A stretch of DNA of 64,000 bases from Octopus sinensis. Taxonomy: Eukaryota. The number at the start of each line of letters is the position of its first letter. Position 1 is the first letter of the stretch. The translations under genes and the position numbers were made by a program. The notes under the pieces were generated by a model, which was given only the letters and a program-made list of their open reading frames with translations, had not been told where the DNA came from and ran no database searches. Location: NCBI RefSeq assembly GCF_006345805.1, contig NC_043012.1, positions 11,904,001-11,968,000 of the forward strand. The letters are read 5' to 3'. Positions 38,038-50,543 of the stretch are shown one piece after another.

Positions 38038-38200
38038 TAAACCTCCATATACCACCACCATATACCCTCATAAACTCAACGTTGTTTATAGAGCTGAATT
38101 TTTCGGGCAGGAAAATTATCCAATGCAGCTTAAAATGGAAGAGGCCTCTTTGCTCAAATCATGAAGCAGTATCCTTGAAGAAATGAAACATTTGAAATTA

Positions 38201-38382
38201 TTCTGTTGTGTCTGGGGAGAGTCATTTTCTTTTTGTGCCTTATAATTTAACACACTCACCGGTAAAATTTCCACTTATTCCTTATTTTTATTTTTCCTAA
38301 AATTTTCGTTGCGTCTTGCAACGGTGAGTTTGTTGAATTATAAGGCACAAAAAGAAAATGACTCTCCCCAGACACAACGGAA
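38201..38382. mobile_element. MITE-like fold-back element, 61-bp inverted arms, TA-flanked
   Basis: 38201-38261 vs 38322-38382 show 3 mismatches. TA occurs at 38199-38200 and 38383-38384. Confidence 0.75.
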
Positions 38383-38708
38383 TATGCTTCAACACACGAA
38401 CTCACATAAAGAATCTTGCTAACCAAATTCAAAAACGAAATATTTGAAATCATATTTCCCAAATACAATTTCTTAGTAGGCACTCTGAATACATCGCCCC
38501 TTGCAAAAGAAGAACATTTTAAGCTATTCATTATTTCAAAACTTTGAAATTTTCTAGTAGACAAACTGAAACAAAACATTTCAATATATATATATATATA
38601 TATAATATATATATATATATCTTTTTATAAAAAATAGCTATAACCCTTTGACTGCTATTTCTAAATTCGGTTGTGGTAAGGCAACTCGTTGCTAACCCTT
38701 ATTGCTTA

Positions 38709-38758
<50 letters not shown>

Positions 38759-38760
<2 letters not shown>

Positions 38761-38945
38761 CGGGAAGCTTTATGAAAATAAACAAAAGACGAAGGCAGGT
38801 GGAATACAAACAAACAATTGTATTACTATGGCGCTCAGGAATATAAACAAAACAAGTCTTTACGTTTCGAGCCTACGCTCTTCAACAGAAAGATACACAG
38901 AAAAGAAACACGGAGAGAAACAAGGAGAGAAAAAATGCGTGCAGA
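38759..38945 (-). mobile_element. PLE-type terminal repeat (same family as 56440-56617)
   Basis: Near-identical reverse complement of 56440-56617; hammerhead-like motif at 38857-38893; in (TA)n. Confidence 0.7.
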
Positions 38946-38960
38946 AGCTAGCGAATCAAC

Positions 38961-39067
<107 letters not shown>

Positions 39068-39117
39068 TATATAATATATATATAATATGTAAATATATAT
39101 ATATATATATATTATAA

Positions 39118-39305
39118 TATAAACACAAAGAGAAAACAACAACGCGAGGACGTGGAAGAAGTATAGTATTATTGGACGCTCAGAAAGAAGGAAAAAGGAG
39201 GGTTTAACGTTTCGAGCGGAGCTCTTCGTTAGAAACATAGAAAAAGGAAAGATCCAAAGAAGGGAAGACGGAGGAAAATCGCCAACGGTACACACGCGGT
39301 CACAT
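39118..39305 (-). mobile_element. PLE-type terminal repeat, related family
   Basis: Minus strand GTTT-CTAACGA-A-GAGCTCCGCTC-GAAACGTT-AAAC at 39202-39236; abuts (TA)n. Confidence 0.6.
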
Positions 39306-39984
39306 TTACCTTAATTTCTTTATTTCTCTAGTCCTTTATTTCATCGTTTCCTTTATCTATGCCCTTCACTTTTCCATATTTGTCTCCGATGACGGAATAT
39401 TCCATATTTTGGGATATCTCAGAAGCAGTTTTTCTGATAATAACAACGTATATGACATTGATTGTTGTCCCCTTTCACAAATATATATCCGCTGTATCGG
39501 ATATCTACAATGGTCCCATAACTATGGGCTTGTAGCCCTGGTAATCCGTTACAGCACTTAACCAGCTTACCTAGTCGTTTAGATCACCTGTGAACTAAAC
39601 CCCATATTATATACCTATACATACATACATACATACACACACACATACACACATACATACACATACACACATACATACATATATGCACACACACACACAC
39701 AAACACACACACAGACACACATATATATATGCATCTATGTGTGAATGCCTCTTTGTGTCTGTGTTTGTAGCCACCACTGCTTGACAACCAGTGTTGGTGT
39801 GTTTACGTCCCCGTAAATTAGCGGTTCGGCATTGAAGACTAATAGAATAAGAATGAGGTTTTAAAAGAAAATCTCCCTGCCCCACCTCTCTCTCTATCTT
39901 TCTGTCTATTAATCTGTCTATTTGTTTGTCCATCTATTTATCTGTTTTGTCAATCTTTCAGTCCGTCTGACTCTCTGATTGTCT

Positions 39985-40025
39985 ATCTATCTCTCTATCT
40001 ATCTACCTACCTAACTGTCTGTCAG

Positions 40026-40089
<64 letters not shown>

Positions 40090-40117
40090 CCTACCTACCT
40101 GCCTAACTGTCTGTCAG

Positions 40118-40175
<58 letters not shown>

Positions 40176-40274
40176 ATCTATCTATCTATCTATCTATCTA
40201 CTATCTATCTATCTATCTATCATTAATCTATCTATCTATTACTGTCTATCATCTATCTATCTATCATCTATCTA

Positions 40275-40356
<82 letters not shown>

Positions 40357-40430
40357 TCATCTATCTATCTATCTATCATCTATCTATCTTTCTATCTATC
40401 TATCTATCTATCTACTTATCTATGTATCTT
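39985..40430. repeat. (CTAT)n/(CTGT)n tetranucleotide array
   Basis: Direct reading. Confidence 0.97.
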
Positions 40431-40871
40431 TTCGTCTGCCTGTCTATCGATCACATTTATAATCACACATATCAATATCAATAAAAACTCACTTATAGTC
40501 CTCCCTCCATTCTCTCTCTCGCTCTCTCTGTCTCCACCCCACTCTACTCCCCTGATCTGACAATCTTTTAAAGACTCATTCTCTATACCCTCATAAACTC
40601 AATTTCTCTTCTCGCTCTCGCTCTCTCCCTCTATCTTCTCGCTACATTTAACGATTCTCTGGCTTTGCATCTTCATAGCTGTTTTCTTTTTCCCCTGTTA
40701 TCTTCCGGATGCCCACCCCCACCCACACACCTACAAAACTTCGTTCTGTTTCATATTCAAATACCAACGTCCTTTATTCATTATCTCTCTCTCTCTCTCT
40801 ACCCCACTCTCTGTTACTCTTTCTTTATCGGTCTCTCCACACTCCCTGTTTGTTTACCTCTGCCTCTTACC

Positions 40872-41210
40872 AACTCACTCACTCACCTCACTCACTCACT
40901 CACCTCACTCACTCACTCACTCACTCACTCACTCACTCACTCACTCACTCACTCACCAACTCACTCACTCACTCACTCACTCACTCACTCACCAACTCTC
41001 TCACTCACCAACTCACTTACTTTCTCACTCACTCACTCACTCACCAACTCACTCACTCACTCCCTCACTCACCAACTCACTCACTCACTCACTCACTCAC
41101 TCAAACACTCACCAACTCTCTCACTCACCAACTCACTCACTCTCTCACTCACTCTCTCACTCACTCACTCACCCACTCACTCATTCACTCACTCACTCAC
41201 TCACTCACTC
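40872..41210. repeat. (CACT)n array
   Basis: Direct reading; explains the SLTH-repeat ORFs 40665-41537. Confidence 0.97.
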
Positions 41211-42125
41211 TCAGTTTCTTCCCCCTCTCTCTCTCGCTCCCTTTTTTCCATTCTGTTCACTCTCACTCTCCCCTTCTGTCACTTTACTTCTTTCTCTTTT
41301 TCTATCTCCCTGTTCATCTCTCTAGACTTAACTCTCTTAGTCTTTCTCACTTTCTGTCCCTTTCTCTCTATCTCTGCCGTTCTTCCTTTTCCTCTCTCTC
41401 TGTTTCTACCCCTCTCTTACTTCTACAACCCCCCTCTCTCTCTCTCTCTTCCCATGTCATCTGTTCAATATTTTCCTCAACCAGTTCTTGTCTTCAGATC
41501 ATGTGATCATTTTGTCTGCTACACTCACGCAGAATAAATACTCATTCCCAACTTTCACTCATGCTCACACACAGACACATACACACACATACATACACAT
41601 ACACACATAAACACGCATATCGCATATACATACATGCACACACATAACACACATACGTAGATACACATATACATATATACACATATCACGTGTGAACATA
41701 TACACACATACACATTTACATATATACCACATATACACATACACTCGCATACACCCACGCCTCCCACAACTGTTTATACATACATACAAACATACCTGCA
41801 TTCCTACGAGCATACACACCTATACACGTAGATGCATGTATATATAGATTGAATATAATATTTACTCATATAATCACATAGATACATGAGTGTGTGTACT
41901 CACACACATACTATCCGACTTAAGCATATACACACACAAATACATATAGGACACAGTCAGATTTACATACCCATGTATATTCATACGCATACATATACAT
42001 TCCGTTAAATACATACCCTTATATATTTACATTCACACACGCATATATATATGTATATATATAGTAAATATCATTAAAAGGGCAGGCAACAGGTTGCTCC
42101 GCCGTATATATATATATATATATAT

Positions 42126-42349
42126 GTAGGTCCTGGGTTGAGGTCGGGGTTAACCACAGTAAATAAGGTACTCAATACATAGCAGAGTAAATTAATTCAT
42201 TTTATAGAAGGAGCTTCTACAGGACTAGAAGTGTTTCATTCCATTAAATCTGCCTAAATGTATAAATACCAGACCTTATTTTGACAGCCAGCTTCCTGAA
42301 GATTTCATCTGAATGAAACAGTTCTAGTCCTGTAGAAGCTCCTTCTATA
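42126..42349 (+). mobile_element. PLE-derived fold-back element with 39-bp inverted arms
   Basis: 42203-42241 vs 42311-42349 show 1 mismatch. Flanked by (TA)n and contains a hammerhead core. Confidence 0.75.
42290..42340 (+). ncRNA. Type I hammerhead ribozyme candidate with intact catalytic core
   Basis: AGCTTC-CTGAAGA-T[TTCA TC TGAA]T-GAA-[ACAG TTCTAGTC CTGT]-A-GAAGCT: stem I 6 bp, CUGANGA, GAAA, GUA cleavage triplet. Stem II closes with U-U instead of G-C. Confidence 0.65.
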
Positions 42350-42431
42350 ATATATATATAATAATATATATATATAATATATATATATACACACATATAT
42401 ATATATACATACACACACACACACATGTATA

Positions 42432-42474
<43 letters not shown>

Positions 42475-42501
42475 TATATATACATACCACACACACACAT
42501 G

Positions 42502-42568
<67 letters not shown>

Positions 42569-42574
42569 TCTTCC

Positions 42575-42765
42575 TTTGCTCTTACTTGCTTTAGTAATTT
42601 GACTGCGGTCATGCTGGAGCAATGCATTAAAGGGTTTTAGTCGAAGAAATCGTACCCAGGATTTATTCTTTGTGAGCTATTACTTATTCTAACGGCCTCT
42701 TTTCCCGCCCCCCCCAATATTACGGGGACGTAAACTCACTAACATCGGTTGTCAAGCGATGCTGG
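42575..42765 (-). mobile_element. SINE family A, 3' half
   Basis: CTTACTTGCTTTAGTAATTTGACTGCGGTCATGCTGGAGC...CATCGGTTGTCAAGCGATG. Confidence 0.8.
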
Positions 42766-43336
42766 ATGGAGATAGGGATACTCATGCATAAAGATATATA
42801 CATACATATACGTATATATATATATATATATATTATACGTTTGTGTATATGTATATATATGTGCATGTATGTATATGAATGTATATATATATATATATAT
42901 ATCAAAAGGATGCGTTATAATACTATTCACAGACATACCAACAATCCAATAATACTATTCCACATATGCAAAAACAGCCATACAGACAATCCAACATATC
43001 TCCATCAACAGCTGCCTCACGGGTATCATTATGGTTTTGACACCTTGGCAGTACCATTCAACCCGGTGGTATCAACATCACTGAAATAAGTGTTGTTTGG
43101 GAACAAGCAAACCAAAGAAACCAGTACTTAAAAAAAAAATACATTTACACTGTGTACAACCATATCGATAAATAAATTCAGTAAGTAAATTACAACCAAC
43201 TCCTTAATACGTAACTAAACAGCGACAAATCTATTAAGACATGCAAAAATTATAAACCCTACCGTCTTCTCTAGTATGCCATAAAAGTAAAAGCTTAATA
43301 ACCACATTATTTCAATCAATTATAGGCTGGATTAAA

Positions 43337-43985
43337 CACTAACTTTAATAAACTCTCTCTGTGGGTGTGTTTGTGGAGTTGGTAGCTAACTCCTCCTACA
43401 TCGTTTTATCGATTTTGATGAAACTTGATACGTGAATAGACCACATGATTGGAAACCTCATGGCATACTCAGATTATAAAAAAAAAATCGGTAATAGACC
43501 CCTGGAAGGAATCCTTATATTTAGCCAAGGGAAATAACCCATTCATTTTCCTAAATTAATCGGTATAAATGAAATTGAGTATGCTTATTTCTTAGTATTT
43601 GAACTGTGAACGTTATTTTTGCAATTTATCTCGTACATCCCTTAAACAAGTAAATAGTATTTTCCTAAACAATAGATCCACTTATTTCGGTTAGTGGCTT
43701 ATTCACGAATATACCAACACTAGCCCCGCTGAGGGTAATATTCACTGGGAACACACAAAAGCCCTTTTCAGAGTTATTTACTTTGAATTGTTATTATCCC
43801 ATATCCGATTAGCCTGTTATTACGTAATATGCTTCACGATTTTCTTATACATACCTTATTAGTATTTCCTTCTAAGTTCTATATTCTTTGGGCAGGCATT
43901 AAAGCCCTTTTCGAGGCTACTTTATTTGAATTCTTACTATCGGGTAACTAATTTCATGTTATTACATAACTGACTTCACAATTTA
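43337..43985 (+). mobile_element. Possible non-autonomous Helitron/Helentron-like element
   Basis: The start (ACTTTAATAAA..GTGTGTTTGT..AACTCCTCC..ATCGATTTTGATGAAACTTG) resembles such elements from memory. There is an internal degenerate ~143-bp tandem duplication (43758 and 43901). Confidence 0.35.
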
Positions 43986-44292
43986 GGTATTCATAACTTA
44001 TTGGGAATTCCTAACCAGAAGATCCTGAGTAAGACAGTTCGGTATTCTCTGTAAATGCACAAAAACCGTTTATATGAATGCACTCGGTGAGTGACATTCA
44101 TATAAAACAATATATTATAGCAAGATAGCAAACTATATAGAAGTTGGAGAAGGTTATAGATACCCAGAATATAGCATGAGGTGTGTGAGCCATGCAGACC
44201 ACATAAAAACGGGAAAAAACCACGCTATGCTACTACAGGTCCTGTATACTGTACATAAATTATGCTCAATATGTATGTTTAAAATATATTTA

Positions 44293-44700
44293 TTAGGTTG
44301 TTCGGAAAATAATGGCCGGTTTAAAAATAAGCCTATATTCTTGAAAAACTGAACTTATACAAAGGTTTAATTATTCAAAAGGTTTAATTATTTAGAATAT
44401 GATCCCTGAGTAACTATACATTCCTCCCATCGATTAACAAGGTCATTTATGCTTCTTCGATAAAAATCGAAAGGTTTTGATGTCAAGAAATCCTTGAAAT
44501 CAGTTTCGATGTCTGTTTTGGAACGGAAGGTTTTTTACTTTCAAAATGTGTCTAGAGTCTAGATGCTTCAAAACATAGATTGAAAAGTCAGGAGAATATG
44601 GAGAATGTGGCAAAATCTCATATCCCAAGTTGGTGAGCTTTTGTAGTGTCATCCTGGAAACGTGAGATCGAGCATTTGCAGATCTCGTTTTGCTGAAATT
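44293..44700 (-). mobile_element. Mariner element 3' end (TIR plus transposase C-terminal relic 44388-44695)
   Basis: TA+TTAGGTTGTTCGGAAAATAATGGCCGGTTT is an Hsmar1-like TIR. The minus strand reads NARSHVSRMTLQKLTNLGYEILPHSPYSPDF and FKDFLTSKPFDFYRRSINDLVNRWEECIVTQGSY. Confidence 0.9.
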
Positions 44701-44965
44701 AAGAAATTAAAAATGGAAAATACGCACACTTACATAGTTTTAATATAATTTTTAATATATCAACCGGTTTCGCTTAAGAAGAAAATATATATTCAAATAA
44801 ATAAAACATAATATCATGAATAGAAATAGCGAAACCGGTCGATATATTAAAAATTATATTAAAACTATGTAAGCTTGCGTACTTTCCTTTTTTAATTTCT
44901 TATATACATTACAACTCACCACGTGGGGATAATCGAATTCCTCTTTTCTGTTACTACTACAATAT
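44701..44965 (+). mobile_element. Fold-back terminal repeat of the same PLE family as 1193-2590
   Basis: 44775-44965 matches 2406-2590. 44701-44774 is the inverted copy of 44828-44901. Confidence 0.85.
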
Positions 44966-44980
44966 ATTATATATATATAT

Positions 44981-45042
<62 letters not shown>

Positions 45043-45047
45043 CTAAG

Positions 45048-45436
45048 GGCGCAGAAGTGGCTGTGTGGTAAGTAGCTTGCTTACCAACCACATGGTTCCG
45101 GGTTCGGTCCCACTGCGTGGCAACTTGCGCAAGTGTCTTTTCCTGTAGCCTCGGGCCGACTAAGGCCTTGTGAGTGGATTTGGTAGACGGAAACTGAAAG
45201 AAGCCCGTCGTATATGTGTATATGTATATACATGTGTGTGCGTTTGTGTATTAGTCCTCCACACCCACCCAACATCACTTGACAACCGATGCTGGTGTGT
45301 TTACGTCTCTGTGACATAGCGGTTCGGCAAAATAAAGCGATACAAAGAATAAGTCCTGGGGTTGATTTGCTCGACTAAAAGTAGTGCTCCAGCATGGCCG
45401 CAGTCAAATGACTGAAACGAGTAAAAGAGTAAAAGA
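45048..45436 (+). mobile_element. SINE family A, full length, short internal microsatellite
   Basis: Matches 18061-18486. Confidence 0.9.
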
Positions 45437-46009
45437 GTATATATATATATACATACATTATATTTATATATATATATACAGACATAAAATTTCACAAATA
45501 TATACTTATATATATAGATGTATATGTAAATACATTTATACATACGCACATAGGTATAATTTTATATACACATACTTTATGCATGCACATAGAAACAACT
45601 TAAAATCAGATGAATTGCTCAGTATTTGCGTAGGTGGTGTACTACTTGTAAATATATTTTCAAAACTATGTACATACACAATTTCGCTGTGTATATATAT
45701 ATACGTATACACGCACAAGTATACATATCTATTGCATGTGTGTATTTTTAAGTGTGTCTACGTATTTTCATGCGTATTTATAACGATATATATCTTTTGA
45801 AGTGATTATATATTCATGCATACGATGAACATATATGAACATACTCGCCGCGCATACACACAAGCACACATACACACACACAAAAGCCAAACACACACAC
45901 GCACACATACACACCCACAAGCACACACAAGCACACATACAAAAATACATGCGCGCGAGTACACACACACATACTTTCATGTACTACACGCTTTCTTATA
46001 TGAATATAT

Positions 46010-46083
<74 letters not shown>

Positions 46084-46319
46084 TTGTGTGTATGTGTGTG
46101 TGGGTCACGCATACACGCTTGTTCATATGTATTTCTGCATACAGTAATATGTGTACGAGTACATCCATGTTGCTTATATGTGTGTATTTATGTATGCGTG
46201 TGTGTGTCTGTGCGCAAATGCATGGGTGCTGCTTCTGCGTGTGTCTGCGTATGTGTCTGTGTGGATGTATAGATGACTCTGTGTGTGCTTGTGTGCTTGT
46301 GTGTTTGTGTGTTTGTGTG

Positions 46320-46357
<38 letters not shown>

Positions 46358-46779
46358 CGTTTGTGCTTGCGTATGTCTATATTATTTATGTTGATATATA
46401 TCATGCAGCTATGTCACTCCTCCTTAATCAATAATGGAACAGCGTTCAAGTAGGATATTCCTATATGGCTTAGTAGTAGTTGTAGTAGTAGTGGTAGTGG
46501 TGGTGGTGGTGTGGTGGTGGTGGTGGTGGCACCGTGCGAGAGAGAAATGGTTGGTCGGTTGGTAGTGTTAGTATATTACTTGCTGGAAATGTTAGTTGTT
46601 TGTTGATGTATGCGAATTGATAGCGGTTGTAGGGTGGTGTTTCCTATACCGTGTAGAGGCAGTAGCAGTAGTAGTAGTATTAGCTCTGTGGTAGTAGCGG
46701 TGGCAGCACAAGTACTGGTGGCTTATAAGAAAGTAGTAGTGGCGGTGGTGATGTTGTAGGAGTAATTGTAAAGCATGTG

Positions 46780-47880
46780 AAAGTGGAGGATGTAGTTGGA
46801 GCGAGTTTATGTGAAGGTAGAAGTAGCGGTTGGAGTGATAGTTTTATGTGAAGGTAGCGATAGTAGTTGGAGTGGTAGTTTACGTAAAGGTTATGGTGGA
46901 GGCTGGAGTGATAGTTTATGTGAAGGTAGAAGTGGCAGTTGGAGTGGTTGCTTCTATGAAAGTAAAAGTAGCAGTTGGAGTAGTACTTTAAGCGAATGTT
47001 ATGGTGGTAGTTGGAGTGGAAGTTTATGTGAAAGCAGAGGTAGTAGTTGGAGTGGTAGTTTATGTGAAAGCAGAGGTAGTAGTTGGAGTGGAAGTTTATG
47101 TGAAAGCAGAGGTAGTAGTTGGAGTGGTAGTTTATGTGAAAGCAGAGGTAGTAGTTGGAGTGGTAGTTTAGGTGAAAGTAGAGGTAGAAGTTGAGGTGAT
47201 AGTTAAATGAAGTTGGAGGTAGTAGTTGAAGAGTAGCTGATATGAAAATACTGATGTTAGTTGGAGTTGTAGCTTATGTGAAAGTAGAAGTGGTAGGTCA
47301 TATGAATGTAGAAATTGTAGTTAGGGTGGTAGCTATTTTACAGGAAAGAAAACGTGGTAGTTGGAGGGGCAAATTATGTAAAGTTAGATGTGGTAGTTTA
47401 TGTGAAGGCTTTGATGGTAGTTGGAGTGGTAGTTTGTGTGAAAGTTATGGTGGTAGCTAGAGTGGCAGCTTATGTGACGGTAAATGTAGTCGAAGTGGTA
47501 GTTTATGTGAAGGTTATGGTAGTAGTTGGAGTGGTAGTTTATGTTAAGGTTGTAGTGGTAGTTAGAGTGGCAACTTATGTGACGGTAGATGTAGTGATAG
47601 TCGGAGTGGTAGTTTATGTAAAGGTTATGATGGTAGTCGGAGTGGTAGCTTCTGTGAAGGTTATAGAGGTAGTTAGAGTGGCAGCTTATGTGACGGTTAT
47701 GGTGGTAGTTGGAGTGGTAGCTTATGTGAAGGCAGCTGTCGTAGTTGGAGTTGTAGCTTACGTGAAGATTTTGGTGGTAGTTAGAGTGGTAGTATATGTG
47801 AAGGTGGATGTAGCAGTATGTGTGGTAGTTTATGTCAAGGTACTGGTAGCAGTTGCAATTTATTTAGAAGTAGAAGAGTT
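46780..47880. repeat. Degenerate 36-bp minisatellite (~30 units)
   Basis: Unit TAGTAGTTGGAGTGGTAGTTTATGTGAAAGCAGAGG; near-perfect copies at 47005-47190. Confidence 0.9.
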
Positions 47881-48773
47881 AGTTTATGTGACAGTGGTAG
47901 TGGTAGGCAAAAGTAGTACCGGTTGTAGTAAGAGTGGTGATTTCTATAATGATGGTAGTGTAGTTTATAGTGAGGGTGGCAGTAAGTTTTATAATGGTAG
48001 CGGTGAGAGTTGTCGCAGCAATGGTGTGTACAATTGTGGTGGTAGCTGTAGTAGTAGTCGTAATAGAGATGGTGTTGGTGGTGGTTTTGGTGGTGGTGGT
48101 GATGGTGGTGGAGATGTCACTAGTTGTTTCTATAATGACCGTGATACTTTCCGAAGTGGCAATTTCTTGTGAGGTCGCTCGTGGGACCGATAGTTTCTAT
48201 CACGATAATAGCAGCAGTAGCAGTAGCAGTAGTAGCAGTAGGAGCAGCAGCAGTAGTAGTAGTAGTAGTAGTATTAGTGTAGTTGTAGAGAGGAGCCAGT
48301 TAAATGATGGTGCTTGCGTAGCTAACGTTTGATTAAGCAAAATAGGAGATAAAGGCGCTGTGTAACCAAATGTTAAGAAGGTTACTTCTCAGTCATAACA
48401 ATACGGGTTCAATCCCACTTCGAGCTTTGTTACCTGAATGGCTTTTGTCAAAACCTAATGACTCACGCCAAACTTGTGAGAATAGACAGAAACTGCGTCA
48501 GCTTTGTCACACATTGTATCACTCAGTATGGTTCTACATGAAGAATTCCTAAGGATATAGGTGACTGCGGAATATTCAACCACATTTTTTTGGACTGTGG
48601 TATTCACAGGACCTCCTAGACAAGTGGAATTGATGTCATTAATTCTGATTTTAAACTGTTGCAAGTCAACGACGGCAGGGGTTACATGAGCCGTGAGATT
48701 TTTCTTGCAGCTCAACGTTCGAAGAACCTGCGGAGAGAAAGTGCGATATTAACTAGCTCCAATGAGCAGTTTC

Positions 48774-49003
48774 TTATTTCTTTATTGCCCACAAGGGGCT
48801 GAACATAGAAGGGTCAACCAAGGACAGACAAAGGATTAAGTCGATTTCATCAACCCCAGTGCGTAACTGGTACTTAATTTATCGATCCGAAAATATCAAA
48901 GGCAAAGTCGACCTCGGCGAAATTTGAACTCAGAACGTAACGGCAGACGAAATACGGCTTTGCATCTCGCCCGGCGTGCTAATGTTTCTGCCAGTTCGCC
49001 GCC
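48774..49003 (-). mobile_element. SINE family B, full length with long tail
   Basis: Head (reverse complement of GGCGGCGAACTGGCAGAAAC) to tail TTATTTCTTTATTGCCCACAAGG. Confidence 0.9.
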
Positions 49004-50269
49004 TTGTCCAATGAGAAGTTTCTATTGTAACAGTGATAAAGAGACAGTAAACAACAAGTTTATGGGCCAGAGTTTGAAGAATATATTTGAGTCGAGCGGA
49101 CTTTTACTAGATGCAGTTTAGGGCAGTAGCAGCACTAACTTAGATATAAGAGCAGGAGTTCATTGGGGATCTCGCTCGAAGTTTTTGAAGTGTTGGTACA
49201 TGCTGTTGTTGTTGCTGGTGGTGATAGTGCTGGTGATGGTGTTGGTATTTTCTATCCTTTTTTCTAGCTGCCTCTCTTGGTATTGGTGATGTAACTGCTT
49301 CTCTTTGCATGCATCCAGCATCACTTCTACTACCACAGCTATCATGCCTGTGCCCCTTTCCTTCAAGAGATGGCTTGAAGTTGGGATGATAATCCTTCAT
49401 CTTATCTAGCTTACTACAAAACCTCTCGAAAAAACAGTAGAACATGGCGGGCGCGGATGAATCAAAATATTTTAATATGCAGCATGTTGTAATATGAAGT
49501 AAAGCCAACACTGGTATGTTTATTTCAAACACGTAGTGTCTCCTAGTAGCCAAGTAATGTAAGGAAAATAATCATTTCTGAAGTTCATTTGGCCAGATTA
49601 GAAGTTTGAATTTGAAATCGAGGAACGAAGAAGCTTAAAATACAAATTTCTTTTTGGTTACTTATTAACAAAATCGTAAAATTTCTAGTCTTCATATATA
49701 TCACTATTTCACTCTTGTTAGAAACTGTCTGTATGACATGACCTGAGGTAAACATATTAAAGCAAATTAAGCGTTTAACGAAGCGAGATATTTCTTATAG
49801 ATTGAAAATATTTACAACCTGAAAAACATTCATGGAATATGTGGTTTTCTTTCCTTTCTTCTTTTAATTCATAGATCGTTATTCTTTCATAACAACGAAA
49901 CGGAACGATTGGAAAGATATATATTCAGTTCTTTTTTAAGACTGTAGAATGTAATTGTTTGTGGGCGATTTGGCTGCTATTTCTAACAGGTCAACCACGT
50001 AAAGGAATACTTGCTGGATTTCTCCGACTGGTAGGTCTAAACAGGAATGAACGTGCGAATACTGAAATGACGCGCGAAAGTTGATGTACTGTGGATTCAT
50101 CGTTTCATGAGTCTCTCACAAATTACTGCAGTTGGATTTCCATCGATGTCAGCTGAGTTTCGTTGGTTCCTGAGGATAAAGACTGCCTAATGGTGTAGGT
50201 AGAAGGTGCGATGTACATGAGGAATGTTTGAAGGATCTTGGGTATAGGAAGTTCGCTAGCGGTCCCCAG

Positions 50270-50543
50270 CCGCAAGTATATCCCTGTTGGGAGAACGTCT
50301 TGTTTGCCGTAGATTTTCCACAGATGCAGGGACAGGACGGGCTGAAGCCGCCGGTTGCCGGATCAGACGCTTCTGTTCATCAGAGCCCCGTTAGCCGGGT
50401 GCGGCCCTGATACTGCTGGGTGTCAGAACAATCCGCCTTGGGTGACCCTACCAGAAACCGAAGTTTGTGAGAGATGCAGCATTGAGGATGAATGAAACCA
50501 GCTCAACCCACCCCGGGTGAATGCTGTCAAGTCAAGTCAAGTA
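50270..50543. mobile_element. GC-rich retroelement-like fragment with (TCAAG)n end
   Basis: Abruptly higher GC; ends GTCAAGTCAAGTCAAGT, a short-repeat tail typical of RTE-clade elements. Confidence 0.4.

Noticed and set aside
39570-39600. 17-nt minus-strand microexon (GTGATCTAAACGACTAG)
   Set aside because: It has stops in all three frames.
46780-47880. CRISPR-like array (36-bp period)
   Set aside because: The units are contiguous with no unique spacers, the context is eukaryotic, and there are no cas genes.
50270-50460. HDV-like ribozyme in the GC-rich fragment
   Set aside because: P1- and P2-like pairings can be drawn on the minus strand, but the conserved P3/L3 (YCCNCGY) and P1.1 elements are missing.
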